This document shows positions 20,221-30,618 of a stretch of DNA of 57,576 nucleotides, in pieces (the first letter of the stretch is position 1; the number at the start of each line of letters is the position of its first letter). The DNA lies in the NCBI GenBank assembly GCA_947589265.1, contig CANQAI010000002.1, forward strand, positions 1-57,576. The letters are read 5' to 3'. Below the pieces are notes generated by a model that worked only from the letters and a program-made list of their open reading frames with translations, was not told the DNA's origin and made no database searches. The stretch is from an uncultured Clostridia bacterium. Lineage in GTDB: Bacteria > Bacillota > Clostridia > TANB77 > CAG-508. A program made the translations under genes and the position numbers.

Positions 20221-22675
20221 ATGATAAAGTTGCAAAAAGTAAATAAATATTTTAATAGAAGAAGAAAAAATCAAATTCATATTATTAATAACACCTCATT
20301 AGAACTTCGGAAATACTGGTTTAGTTGCAATTTTAGGACAATCTGGTAGTGGAAAAACCACACTTTTAAATGCAATAGGTGGTCTAGATAAAGTAAATAG
20401 CGGAAAAATCTATATAAATGGCAAAAAAATAACAAAAAGAAGAACATACACAGTTGATAAAATAAGAAACTTAAATATTGGTTACATATTTCAAGATTAT
20501 AAGCTAATAGAAAATATGTCTGTATTTGATAATATTGCAATTAGCTTAAGAATGATAGGTTTAAAAAATAAAAAAGAAATAACCAAAAGAGTTAACTATG
20601 TTTTAGAAGCAGTAAACATGTATAGGTATAGAAATAGACCAGCAGGAATGCTATCTGGCGGAGAAAAGCAAAGAGTAGCAATAGCAAGGGCAATTGTTAA
20701 AAATCCAAGCATTGTAATTGCAGATGAACCAACAGGAAACTTAGATAGCAAAAATTCATTAGAAATAATGAACATTATAAAAGCAATATCAAAAGAAAAG
20801 CTAGTAATACTTGTAACACATGAAGTTGATTTAGCTAAATTTTATGCAACAAGAGTAATAGAACTTCAAGATGGCAAAATTGTAAATGATTATGAAAATA
20901 CCTCATCAGAGTCTTTAGAATATAGGCTAGATAATAAAATATATTTGAAAGACTTTAAAGATATTAATAACTTTAAAAATAACAAAATTAACATTGATGT
21001 ATATTCAGATAATGAAAATACTAATATGGATGTTAAATTAGTATTTAAAAATAACAGCATATTTATACAAGCAGAAAATAAAAAGGTTGAAGTAGTAGAT
21101 GATAATTCTTCAATAGAATTTGTAAATGACCATTATAAAAAAATAGATAAAAGCATTTATGAAAAGTATAAATATAACATAGAAGAAATTGCAGACAATA
21201 AATACAAAGTAAAATATAGCTCTATATATGGAATTATGAAATCTATAAAAAATGGATTTAATAGAATACTAAATTATTCTGTATTAAAGAAATTTTTACT
21301 TTTAGGTTTTTTAGCATCTAGTATGTTTGTAGTATATAGTGTATGTAATATTGCAGGTGCAACAGATATTAGAGAATCTGATTATATAACCATTGATAAA
21401 AATTATCTTTATGTAGATAGTGCAAAAGTAAATGTAAACGATTATTTAAAATATGAAAAACTAAAAAATGTAGATTATATAGTGCCTGGAGATACAAGTG
21501 TAAGTTTTAAAATAAAAATGGATACATATTATCAAGTAGCAAGAAATTCTTATGAACTTCGTGGTTCTTTAGTAGATATTGGCAAAATTAATGAAAGCTC
21601 TATAATAAGTGGAAAAATGCCTAAAAATGACTATGAAATAGTAATAGATAAAAAAGTAGTAGATAATATGCTTGCAGACCAGTTTTCAACATTTAAGGCT
21701 ATGGGCATAAATTCAGCAGAAGATTTATTAAATAAAGTAGTTAATATAGACGAAATGAAGGACTTTACCATAGTAGGTATTGTAGATAAATTAAGCCCAT
21801 CAATTTATGTAAAAAAGAACTTATTTATTAACATATTAAACAATATGAAACAAAGCGATTCACTACTTGGATTTTATTTTGATGAGGATAATAATAATAA
21901 AGAAGCAGTAATTCAAGATTATACCTTATACTTAGATGATATAACATTAACTAAGGGAAAACTTCCTAAAAATGACTATGAAATAATTGTAAATTCACTC
22001 AATTCAGAAGAAATGAAACTAAACAAAACAATAGATGCAAAAGTAAATGGAAAGAGCTTAAAGGTAGTAGGCTATTATGACAGCAAAACTAATAAGCAAG
22101 AATATTTGGCAAATAATAATACCATAAAATATAATATTATTTCAAAAAATAATGGATTTACAATATATCCTAAAGATAAGCTTAATGTATTAAGTGAATT
22201 TCAAAACAAATATGACTTAAATATTATAGATATATATGAACGAGATAAACAATCTTACATAAAAGGCAAACATGATGAAATAGTTAGTAGCGTAATTTTT
22301 GCAGGAGTAATACTTGCAATATCTTTAATAGAAATTTATTTAATGATGAGGTCTTCATTCTTATCTAGAATAAAAGAAGTAGGAGTGCTAAGAGCAATAG
22401 GAATAAAAAGGAAAGACATATATAGAATGTTTTTAGGAGAAACTATTGCAATAACAACAATAGCAAGTATGCCTGGCATAATACTTATGACATATATATT
22501 AAAACAAATTTCAAAAATTTCTTATGTTAATAGAATGTTTATTGTAAACTTTAAAACAGTTGCAATTTCAATACTTATACTTTACTTATTTAACATAGTA
22601 GTTGGTTTATTACCACTATTTAAAGTAGTTAGAAAAACTCCAGCAAAAATTTTAGCGAGACATGATGTAGAGTAA
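20221..22675 (+). pseudogene. second fused ABC ATPase / FtsX-type permease, interrupted by +1 frame break at in-frame CGG 20308
   Basis: ATG 20221 ... tta gaa ctt CGG; reading from 20309 gives GNTGLVAILGQSGSGKTTLLNAIGGLD (Walker A) and joins ORF 20516-22675. Confidence 0.85.
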
Positions 22676-22959
22676 AAATATTAAATAGAGAATATTGTAC
22701 CAATTATGTGGTAAAATATTCTCTATTTTTATGCTCTTTCAGCTTAAAATTTATTAATAATATTATTTTAGAACACCTTCATCTTAAAATTTGTTAAATC
22801 TTTTCTTAATACTTTATTAAAATCAATTTTTAATCTAATAACCTATGCTAAAATAAAAATGTATAAGATGAAAACAAAATTATGAAGTATTTTGTATGTC
22901 TTTGAAAAAAATTGATTTGAAAGTTTATAAACATATATAAAAAAGGAGAGCTTTTTAAC

Positions 22960-23640
22960 ATGGAAATTTTAAAAGTAGAAAATTTAAGTAAAGTGTATAG
23001 TGAAGGAGAAACAAAAGTAACAGCTTTAGATGATGTTTCATTCAATGTGCAAAAGGGAGAATTTGTTTCTATTATTGGAGCAAGTGGTAGTGGAAAATCA
23101 ACACTTCTTCACTTAATGGGAGGAATAGATAAGCCAACAAGTGGAAGAGTTTCTATTGAAAATACTGACCTATCTAGACTAGACGAAAATAAGTTAACAA
23201 TATTTCGCAGAAGAAAAATTGGACTTATTTATCAATTTTATAATTTAGTTCCTATTTTAACAGTAAAAGAGAATATTGAATTACCTATTTTACTAGATAA
23301 TTCAAAAGTACAGAAAGAAAAATTAAAAGAAATAGTAGAGATGCTAAAATTAGAGGATAGACTAAACCATTTGCCAAGTCAGCTATCAGGAGGTCAGCAA
23401 CAAAGAGTAGCAATAGCTAGAGCGTTAATCAGTTGCCCTTCAATAATTTTGGCAGATGAGCCAACTGGTAATCTAGACTCTAAAAACTCGAACGAAGTTT
23501 TTTCTTATTTAAAGTATTGCAATAGAAAATATACACAAACAATTATAATGGTAACTCATAATGAAGACCTAGCAAAACAAACAGATAGAGTTATTAAGTT
23601 AGAAGACGGAAAAATAATATTGGACAAAAAAATAATATAA
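22960..23640 (+). CDS. ABC transporter ATP-binding protein (MacB/BceA-like)
   Basis: GASGSGKSTLLH, LSGGQQQRVAIARA, ILADEPTGNLD. Confidence 0.92.
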   Translation: MEILKVENLSKVYSEGETKVTALDDVSFNVQKGEFVSIIGASGSGKSTLLHLMGGIDKPTSGRVSIENTDLSRLDENKLTIFRRRKIGLIYQFYNLVPILTVKENIELPILLDNSKVQKEKLKEIVEMLKLEDRLNHLPSQLSGGQQQRVAIARALISCPSIILADEPTGNLDSKNSNEVFSYLKYCNRKYTQTIIMVTHNEDLAKQTDRVIKLEDGKIILDKKII

Positions 23641-23663
23641 TATTGCTATGAAAGGAGAATATT

Positions 23664-26247
23664 ATGGGAATAAATATAAAAATGGCCCAAAAATATTTAA
23701 TGCAAAATAAAAAGAGGACAATTACTAGCATAATAGGAATTATAATTGTTACAATTTTGCTTTGCTCTATTTTATTATTATTAAATGTTTATCAGGAATA
23801 TATGGTAAAAGGTGAAAGGGGTCTTTCTAATTGGGAAGTTAGCTTCCAAAGTATTCCTTATGAAAAGGCTTGTGCACTAAAGGAACTTAGTGATATTAAA
23901 GAAGTTTCTATTGTTAAAAAACTAGGAATTTCAGCCGAAAATTATATTTTGGATCCAGCATTTGGAGAAGCACATATTTGCTTAAGAGCTTATGATAAAA
24001 TAGCAATGAATAATATGGAACTTAATTTAACAGAAGGAAGGCTTCCAGAAAATGAAAATGAAATAGTTATTAGCCAAACCTTTATGAATATAGGAGATTT
24101 TACGAATATAACAATTAATGGAAAAACCAAAACATATAAAGTAGTAGGAAGAATAATGTCTCCATCTTTTGAAAAAACATCATTTAACAATATTGAAATA
24201 ACTGCTATAACATATTTAAGCGAAAATATCAGGACTGATGAAATTGTAGATGCCAACATTGTTTATAAGAATATTAATGATACTTACACAAAAACAGAAG
24301 AAATTGCAAAAGTACTAAACTTATACACAAATAATACAAATGCTAATATAAAATATAATGAAGAATTATTACATTATTCAAATGTTTGGAATATGAATTC
24401 TAAAGAAGATTTAAGCTTGATTAGAATTATTGCTTTTATTATAGTAGTAATAATTATTATAGCAATTACCTTTATTTATTCTATCTTTAACATATCAATA
24501 AAAGAAAGAAACAGAGAATTTGCTAATTTGAATTCTATTGGAGCAACAAAAAAACAAATAATAGGCATTATATTATGGGAGGCAGCAATACTGCTAGCTA
24601 TTTCAATACCAATTGCTATAATACTTTCTGTTCTATTAATGGCAGGGTTTGTTAATATAATAAATAGTCTATTGCCAGATATGGGCTATATACTAGGTTA
24701 TAGCAATGTAAAAATAGAATTTAGTATTCCATATATGAAATTGCTAGTTAGCATTTTACTAATTATAATATCAACATATTTAGCTGTTTTAAAACCAGCG
24801 ATAATGGCAAGCAAAAATTCTATTATAGAAGATATAAAAGGAAATAATAAATCTTTAAAAAAGAGCATTTTAAAGAAAAAATATAAAAAAATAGAAAACT
24901 TATTAAGCTTTAGAAATAGAAATGCCAATAGAAGTAGGTACATTAGTGTTATAGTAACTATTACTGTTAGTGTATTTCTATTCATATTTACACAAGGATT
25001 CATACAAAATAAATTCCATAGTAAAATGCCGTCTAATTATAACTGTAGAATAATTGTAGAAAGTAAGTACTTAGAAAATGTAAAAAATGAATTAAAACCA
25101 ATGGCAAAGAATAGTGAAATAATAGCATTAATAGTTGGATATACTCCTTATACTACTCTTGAAGATGAAAAGATGAATGACTCATTAAAAAAGGCAATAG
25201 AAGAATGCCCAGAAGCCTTTTTTAATCAAACTCATTTTGATGCAAATGAATTTAGATGCGATGTATATGCATTAGATAGCGAAAGTAGGCAACTATTATT
25301 AAAAGAATATGGAATAAATGAGCTAAAAGATGGGGAATGTATTTTAATAAATTATAATCCAGTAGAAATAAAATCACAAGCTGGTATTTATATGACTAAT
25401 TACAAAGAAGGAGATGAAATAAAGTTATATGGGCAAGAAAAATCTACAATTGTAGGAACTGGAAGTATAGAAGAATTAATTGAGCAAGAGAAAAACGGCA
25501 ATGGTACTGTAATTCGGAGATAAGCAAGCAAGTGTAAAATTGAAAATTGCTAAGGTATTAAATACACAAGTTAACAAAATGTTTTATCAGTTAGAACCAC
25601 AATCTGAGATATACATTATTGTAAATTTAGAAACATTAAAAAATACTGAATATCAAATATCTATTGGACCAGATACTCCAATAGATGAAGTTAATTTTGG
25701 CTATAAGTATACACTATTAATGAATACAACTAGTAATAAAGAAACTATGGAAAATAAAATAGAACAAATTAAAGCAAAATATCAAATGGACAACTATGAC
25801 TTAACTTTATACTATTCAGATAATGCAAGTGAAGAAAATTCAAAAATAATTACACAAACATTTCTATATAGCATTAATGTATTAATTGTATTTGTTATGA
25901 TAAGTAATATTGTAAATGTGTTATCTAGTGATATGATAGCTAAAAGTAAAGAATTTGCAGTGTTATCATCTATTGGAATGGAAAAGAAACAATATAAAAA
26001 GATGTTACTATTAGAATATATATCTTATTTAGGAATTGGCTTTATATTTGGAATGCTACCAGCAGTTTTTGTAAATTATATTATTTATTTACTTGATAAA
26101 AGTTATTATATGTTTAAATTTCCATATATCGCAATAGGAGTTACTATATTAGCATTAATGAGCCTATTAATTGCTATTATGATATATATTAACAAAAAAA
26201 TGAAGAAAAATAATATTATAGAAATTATAAAAAATGAAAATATATAA
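23664..26247 (+). pseudogene. dual-FtsX-domain (BceB-like) permease, interrupted by +1 frame break at in-frame CGG 25515
   Basis: ORFs 23664-25523 and 25540-26247 are contiguous halves; reading from 25516 gives ...NGTVI-GDKQASVKLKIAKVLNTQ... Confidence 0.8.
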
Positions 26248-26450
26248 TTAAAAGGATTTTAATTCAAAAAGTAGCCATGCCACAATTAGCAATAAGCCTG
26301 CTATGTATAGACATATAAAGCAATAATAAATGTTGACATTAAAAATTCGGTAATATATAATACACTTAGTAAGATGTACATATTAACAACAAAAAGTCAC
26401 TAGTATATTATATAAAAATTAGTAAAAACTAAAGAAAAAGGAGAAGGACC

Positions 26451-28605
26451 ATGAAAAATAAAGGTATAACATTAATTGCATTAGTTGTAACAATAATAGT
26501 TTTATTAATACTAGCAGGTATAACAATAACGATGGTAGTAGGAGAAAACGGAATAGTAGAATTAGCAAAAAGGGCAGCCCAAAAAACAGAAAATACAGAA
26601 GGAAATGAAATAAAAGACTTAAACAATTTGTCTGACTATACACATGAGTTACTAGATGAAGGAAATACAAGCATAAAGCAAGTAACAGATGAAACACCAG
26701 GAGAGTTAGTAGGAATAGGAACAGAAACAAATCCATATTTAATAGAAAGTATAGAAGACTTAGTAGCATTTTCAAATGAAGTAGCAGAGGGAAATACATT
26801 TGAAGAAAAGGTAGTAAGACTAAGTGTAAGCTTGGATTTTCAGTCAGACTTGTCATATAGAAATCCACAAACAACAGAATTTAACGATGTAAACGGAGAT
26901 ACTAAAACAGAGCCATTAAAAACAGAACTAACAACAGGTGGAGGGTTTAATCCAATAGGGCCAGATGAAACACATCCATTTAAAGGAACATTTAATGGAG
27001 GAAAGCATGCAATAAAAAACCTATATATAAATGAAAAAAACAATTATGTAGGACTATTTGGATATGCAGGAGAAAACAGTAGTATAAACAATATAATAAT
27101 GACAGATGTAAATATAACAACGACAGAAAGCTATGCAGGAGGTCTAGTAGGAAGAAATGATAATGGGATAATAGAAAATGTAAAAACAGAAGGAGGAACA
27201 GTAAAAGCCAAAGAATATGCAGGAGGAATAGTAGGGCAAAATGATAACGGTGGAAGTATTATATTATGTAGTAATAGTGCAAATATTAGTGAGAATGGAG
27301 TTGCAGATAATACAAATCATGTAGGTGTGCAAATCGGGGGAATAGTAGGAAATAGTCGTAATAATAGCATAGTTAAAGAATGCCTTAACATAGGTAAAAT
27401 AACGGCATTAAATGGAAGTGTTGGGGGAATAGTAGGAAACAGTAATGTAGGTGGTACAGTAGAAAAATGCCAAAACAAAGGAGAGGTAACATCAACAGGA
27501 AAAGCTGCTCAAAACATAGCAGGAATAGTAGGCTGGTGTGGAGCTGGAACAATAAAAGAATGTGAAAACACAGGAAAAATAACAGGAACTAGTTATGATG
27601 TGGGAGGAATAGTAGGAGACATTAAAAACGAAGGGGCGACTGTAATATCTTGTGCAAATGAAGGAATAATAGAAGGCAAACAGCGTGTAGGAGGTATAGC
27701 AGGAATAGTAGGAGAAGGCACCACCAGTAAAGTGAAAATTGTATCATGTACAAATAACGGTGCAGTTACAGGAGATAAAAATATAGGTGGAATAGCAGGC
27801 TATAGTTACAATACTGTAATAGATAGTTGTAGCAATAATGGAATAATAACAGGAAAAGGTATATGGAATGTTGATGACCATTCATATTATGCGTGCACGG
27901 GAGGAATAGTGGGACAAGCCGTTAGTCAAAGTGAAATAAAAAATTCACGTAATCATAATGAAATAAAGTCTAGAGGTATATGTGTTGGTGGAATTTCGGG
28001 TTGGACGATGGATAAATCTTCAATATATGATTGTTACAACGAAGGAAAAATAGGAAGTTTAGAAAAAGAGCAAAGCATAAAAGGAATAGGAGGAATTAGT
28101 GGCTACCTAAAAGGAGAATCGACAATATCAAGATGCTATAATAAAGGTGAAATAAATGGAGAATATTATGTGGGGGGCATCTCGGGATGGGTTGGCCAGA
28201 GTTCGAATTCATATATAGACAATTGTTATAATAAAGGAGTAGTAAAATCAATTAAAGGACAGGTTGGAGGTATAGCTTGTATAACTGTAAGGGCGACTGG
28301 CGTTGAAATAACAAACTGCTATAATGTAGGAAATGTTAGTGCAACTGAACCAACTAATAGCTATATTCGGAGGAATTGTAGGAACTGGAAATTTAAATAA
28401 TACAACAGTTATAAACTGTTATTATTTACAAGAAACCTGTACAGGAGCAATAAACCTAAAAGATAATGCAGAAGCCCCAGAAAGTAGAACAGCAGAACAA
28501 ATGCAAGAAGAAGCTTTTGTAACAAAACTAAACGAAGGAAACGATGAAACAGTTTGGCTAAAAGATGAGAACAATAAGAACAATGGTTACCCAGTATTAA
28601 AATAA
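26451..28605 (+). pseudogene. GLUG-motif repeat surface protein with prepilin-like N-terminus, interrupted by +1 frame break at in-frame CGG 28368
   Basis: MKNKGITLIALVVTIIVLLILAG N-terminus; many xCxNxGxI...(V/I)GGI(V/A)G repeats; reading from 28369 restores ...NSYI-GGIVGTGNL... Confidence 0.8.
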
Positions 28606-28792
28606 TTATATAAAAAACACATAAATGAAAATAAAGGCATACTAGTACAAAGTATGCCCTTGTTTTATGGCTTATTCATTCATAATTAAAAAAATTAAGA
28701 TATTTTATTGTTTGAACATAAACTATATGATAAAATTATATATGCTAAAAAATAATTAATCTATCCCTTCAAAGTTAGCAAAAAAGTGAGGA

Positions 28793-29272
28793 ATGAAACA
28801 AATGCAAGAAGCCGAAAAATATATGAAACAAGCACTAAAACAAGCAAAAAAAGCATACGAAAAAGAAGAAATACCAGTAGGAGCAGTAATAGTAAAAAAT
28901 AATAAAATAATAGCAAGAGCATATAATAAAAAAGAAGAAACTAATAATCCTATAAATCATGCTGAAATAATAGCAATACAAAAAGCAAGCAAAAAATTAG
29001 GATCATGGCGCTTGACTGATTGTGAAATGTATGTTACACTAGAACCTTGCAGTATGTGTGCAGGAGCACTAATCCAATCAAGAATAAAAAAAGTATATAT
29101 AGGAACAATGGATGAAAAAACTGGTAGCTGTGGTTCAAAATTGAATCTTTTAGAAAATTATACATTTAATCATAAAGTAGAAATAGAAACAGGAATAATG
29201 CAAAAAGAATGTGAAAACTTACTTAAACAATTTTTTAAAGAACTAAGAAACAAAAAAATTAATAATCAATAA
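28793..29272 (+). CDS. tadA: tRNA-specific adenosine deaminase
   Basis: HAEIIAI and PCSMCAGAL zinc-binding deaminase motifs; conserved tadA-tRNA-Ser-ffs-dnaX neighbourhood. Confidence 0.92.
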   Translation: MKQMQEAEKYMKQALKQAKKAYEKEEIPVGAVIVKNNKIIARAYNKKEETNNPINHAEIIAIQKASKKLGSWRLTDCEMYVTLEPCSMCAGALIQSRIKKVYIGTMDEKTGSCGSKLNLLENYTFNHKVEIETGIMQKECENLLKQFFKELRNKKINNQ

Positions 29273-29278
29273 ACATTA

Positions 29279-29373
29279 GGAGTGGTATCGAAGTGGTCAT
29301 AACGAGGTTGACTCGAAATCAATTGGGCGTATTAATATGCGCCACGTGGGTTCGAATCCCACCCACTCCGCCA
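29279..29373 (+). tRNA. tRNA-Ser (anticodon CGA), class II with long variable arm, CCA encoded
   Basis: acceptor GGAGTGG/CCACTCC, anticodon loop ct-CGA-aa, T arm gtggg-ttcgaat-cccac, terminal GCCA. Confidence 0.88.
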
Positions 29374-29452
29374 AAGTATCACACGAACAAAGCACTACTA
29401 AAGTAACACATAACCCAAAAATGTATAGAAAAACATAAAAGGAGGAAAATCT

Positions 29453-30205
29453 TTGATAACAGAAGAAAGAAAACAAACAATAAAATTAATGATTGCAATA
29501 GCAGTTTTAGCATTAATTTTAATACTTGTACTTATGGCAATGATAAAATATGAAGTAGAAGGTGAGCAAAATATGCCATTCAAACTATCTAAAATTATTG
29601 TTATAAGTACTGCAGAAGGAATAGAAAATGAAACAGAAAATAAAAATAAACTAAAATGGAATTTTGATATTTTTCAAAATAATGATGTAAGTTTTTACAT
29701 AGATTCAAACACAGAAGACGAAAATTTACTAATAAAAAGTGTAACAATTGACAATATTAAAATATTAAAAGCGCCACAAAAAGGCGAAATAAAAGTATAT
29801 ATGCCAAATAGCGAAGCAGGTCGTTTATATAATTATGAGGATCAATATGTAGTAAATGATAGTCTACAATATAAAGGAGCAAGCCAAAGTAGTTCCACAG
29901 AACTAGAAATAGGAAGCAAAGGTGGAACAGCATGGATTTGCTTTAACAATATGGGTATAGGTAACTACACTTCTGACGAAGTTAAAGAAGAAATACGCCA
30001 GGATGGTACATGGCTAAAAAAACTTGAAATACCAAAAGAAGAAATAGAATTCACAGCTTCTTTTGATTTTACAATAGAAACCACAAAAACAAAATACAAA
30101 GCAAACATTACATTAGATTTTCCAGCAGGTGACATTAGCGAAGATGGAAGAAGCTCTTTAGAAAAAACAGATATGAGAGATATTATATTTAAAAGAGTTA
30201 AATGA
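29453..30205 (+). CDS. hypothetical membrane-anchored protein (TTG start)
   Basis: AGGAGG RBS, single N-terminal TM helix, beta-rich extracytoplasmic part; no family recognised. Confidence 0.5.
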   Translation: MITEERKQTIKLMIAIAVLALILILVLMAMIKYEVEGEQNMPFKLSKIIVISTAEGIENETENKNKLKWNFDIFQNNDVSFYIDSNTEDENLLIKSVTIDNIKILKAPQKGEIKVYMPNSEAGRLYNYEDQYVVNDSLQYKGASQSSSTELEIGSKGGTAWICFNNMGIGNYTSDEVKEEIRQDGTWLKKLEIPKEEIEFTASFDFTIETTKTKYKANITLDFPAGDISEDGRSSLEKTDMRDIIFKRVK

Positions 30206-30233
30206 TAAAATAAAAAGCAAGTTACTAGTTAAT

Positions 30234-30346
30234 GGCTTAAATAGCACTAGTTTTCTTGTTTTTCAAATGCCCGTTGCAGATGAAAATTCAAAGAGGAAAG
30301 TTCAGAACGGGACCTCTCAAAACTGCGAAAATAGTACTATTTAAGC
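30234..30346 (+). repeat. structured intergenic repeat, copy C
   Basis: about 90% identical to copy A over both arms; apical region differs. Confidence 0.8.
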
Positions 30347-30440
30347 TTTAATGTAATTATAACTATTATGTAGTAATAAATTAGCCAACAAAAAACACAT
30401 AAATACTTGCTAAACCCAATAAAAAAGTATATAATGCAAA

Positions 30441-30590
30441 TGGTATGAATTAAACTTAGCCATTGTATGGAAAGTAAAACCAATGGAAGCCTATGAAACT
30501 TGTCAGGTCCGGAAGGAAGCAGCAATAAATAGATCCTTCTTATGTGGAGTTTACTTTCCATAGAGTGGCTAAGAAAAAAACTCATACCAT
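30441..30590 (+). ncRNA. ffs: signal recognition particle RNA (short, 4.5S-like form)
   Basis: GTCAGGTCCGGAAGGAAGCAGC domain IV motif; long helix cttagccattgtatggaaagtaaa/tttactttccatagagtggctaag closed by tggtatga/tcatacca; TTGCTA-17-TATAAT promoter ends near 30434. Confidence 0.85.
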
Positions 30591-30618
30591 TTTATTAGTT
30601 AGAATAAAGAGGTAAAAT

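Noticed and set aside
30337-30585. 82-aa minus-strand ORF from the track
   Set aside because: It lies antisense across the SRP RNA gene and repeat copy C and has no RBS. It is an artefact of the AT-rich sequence.
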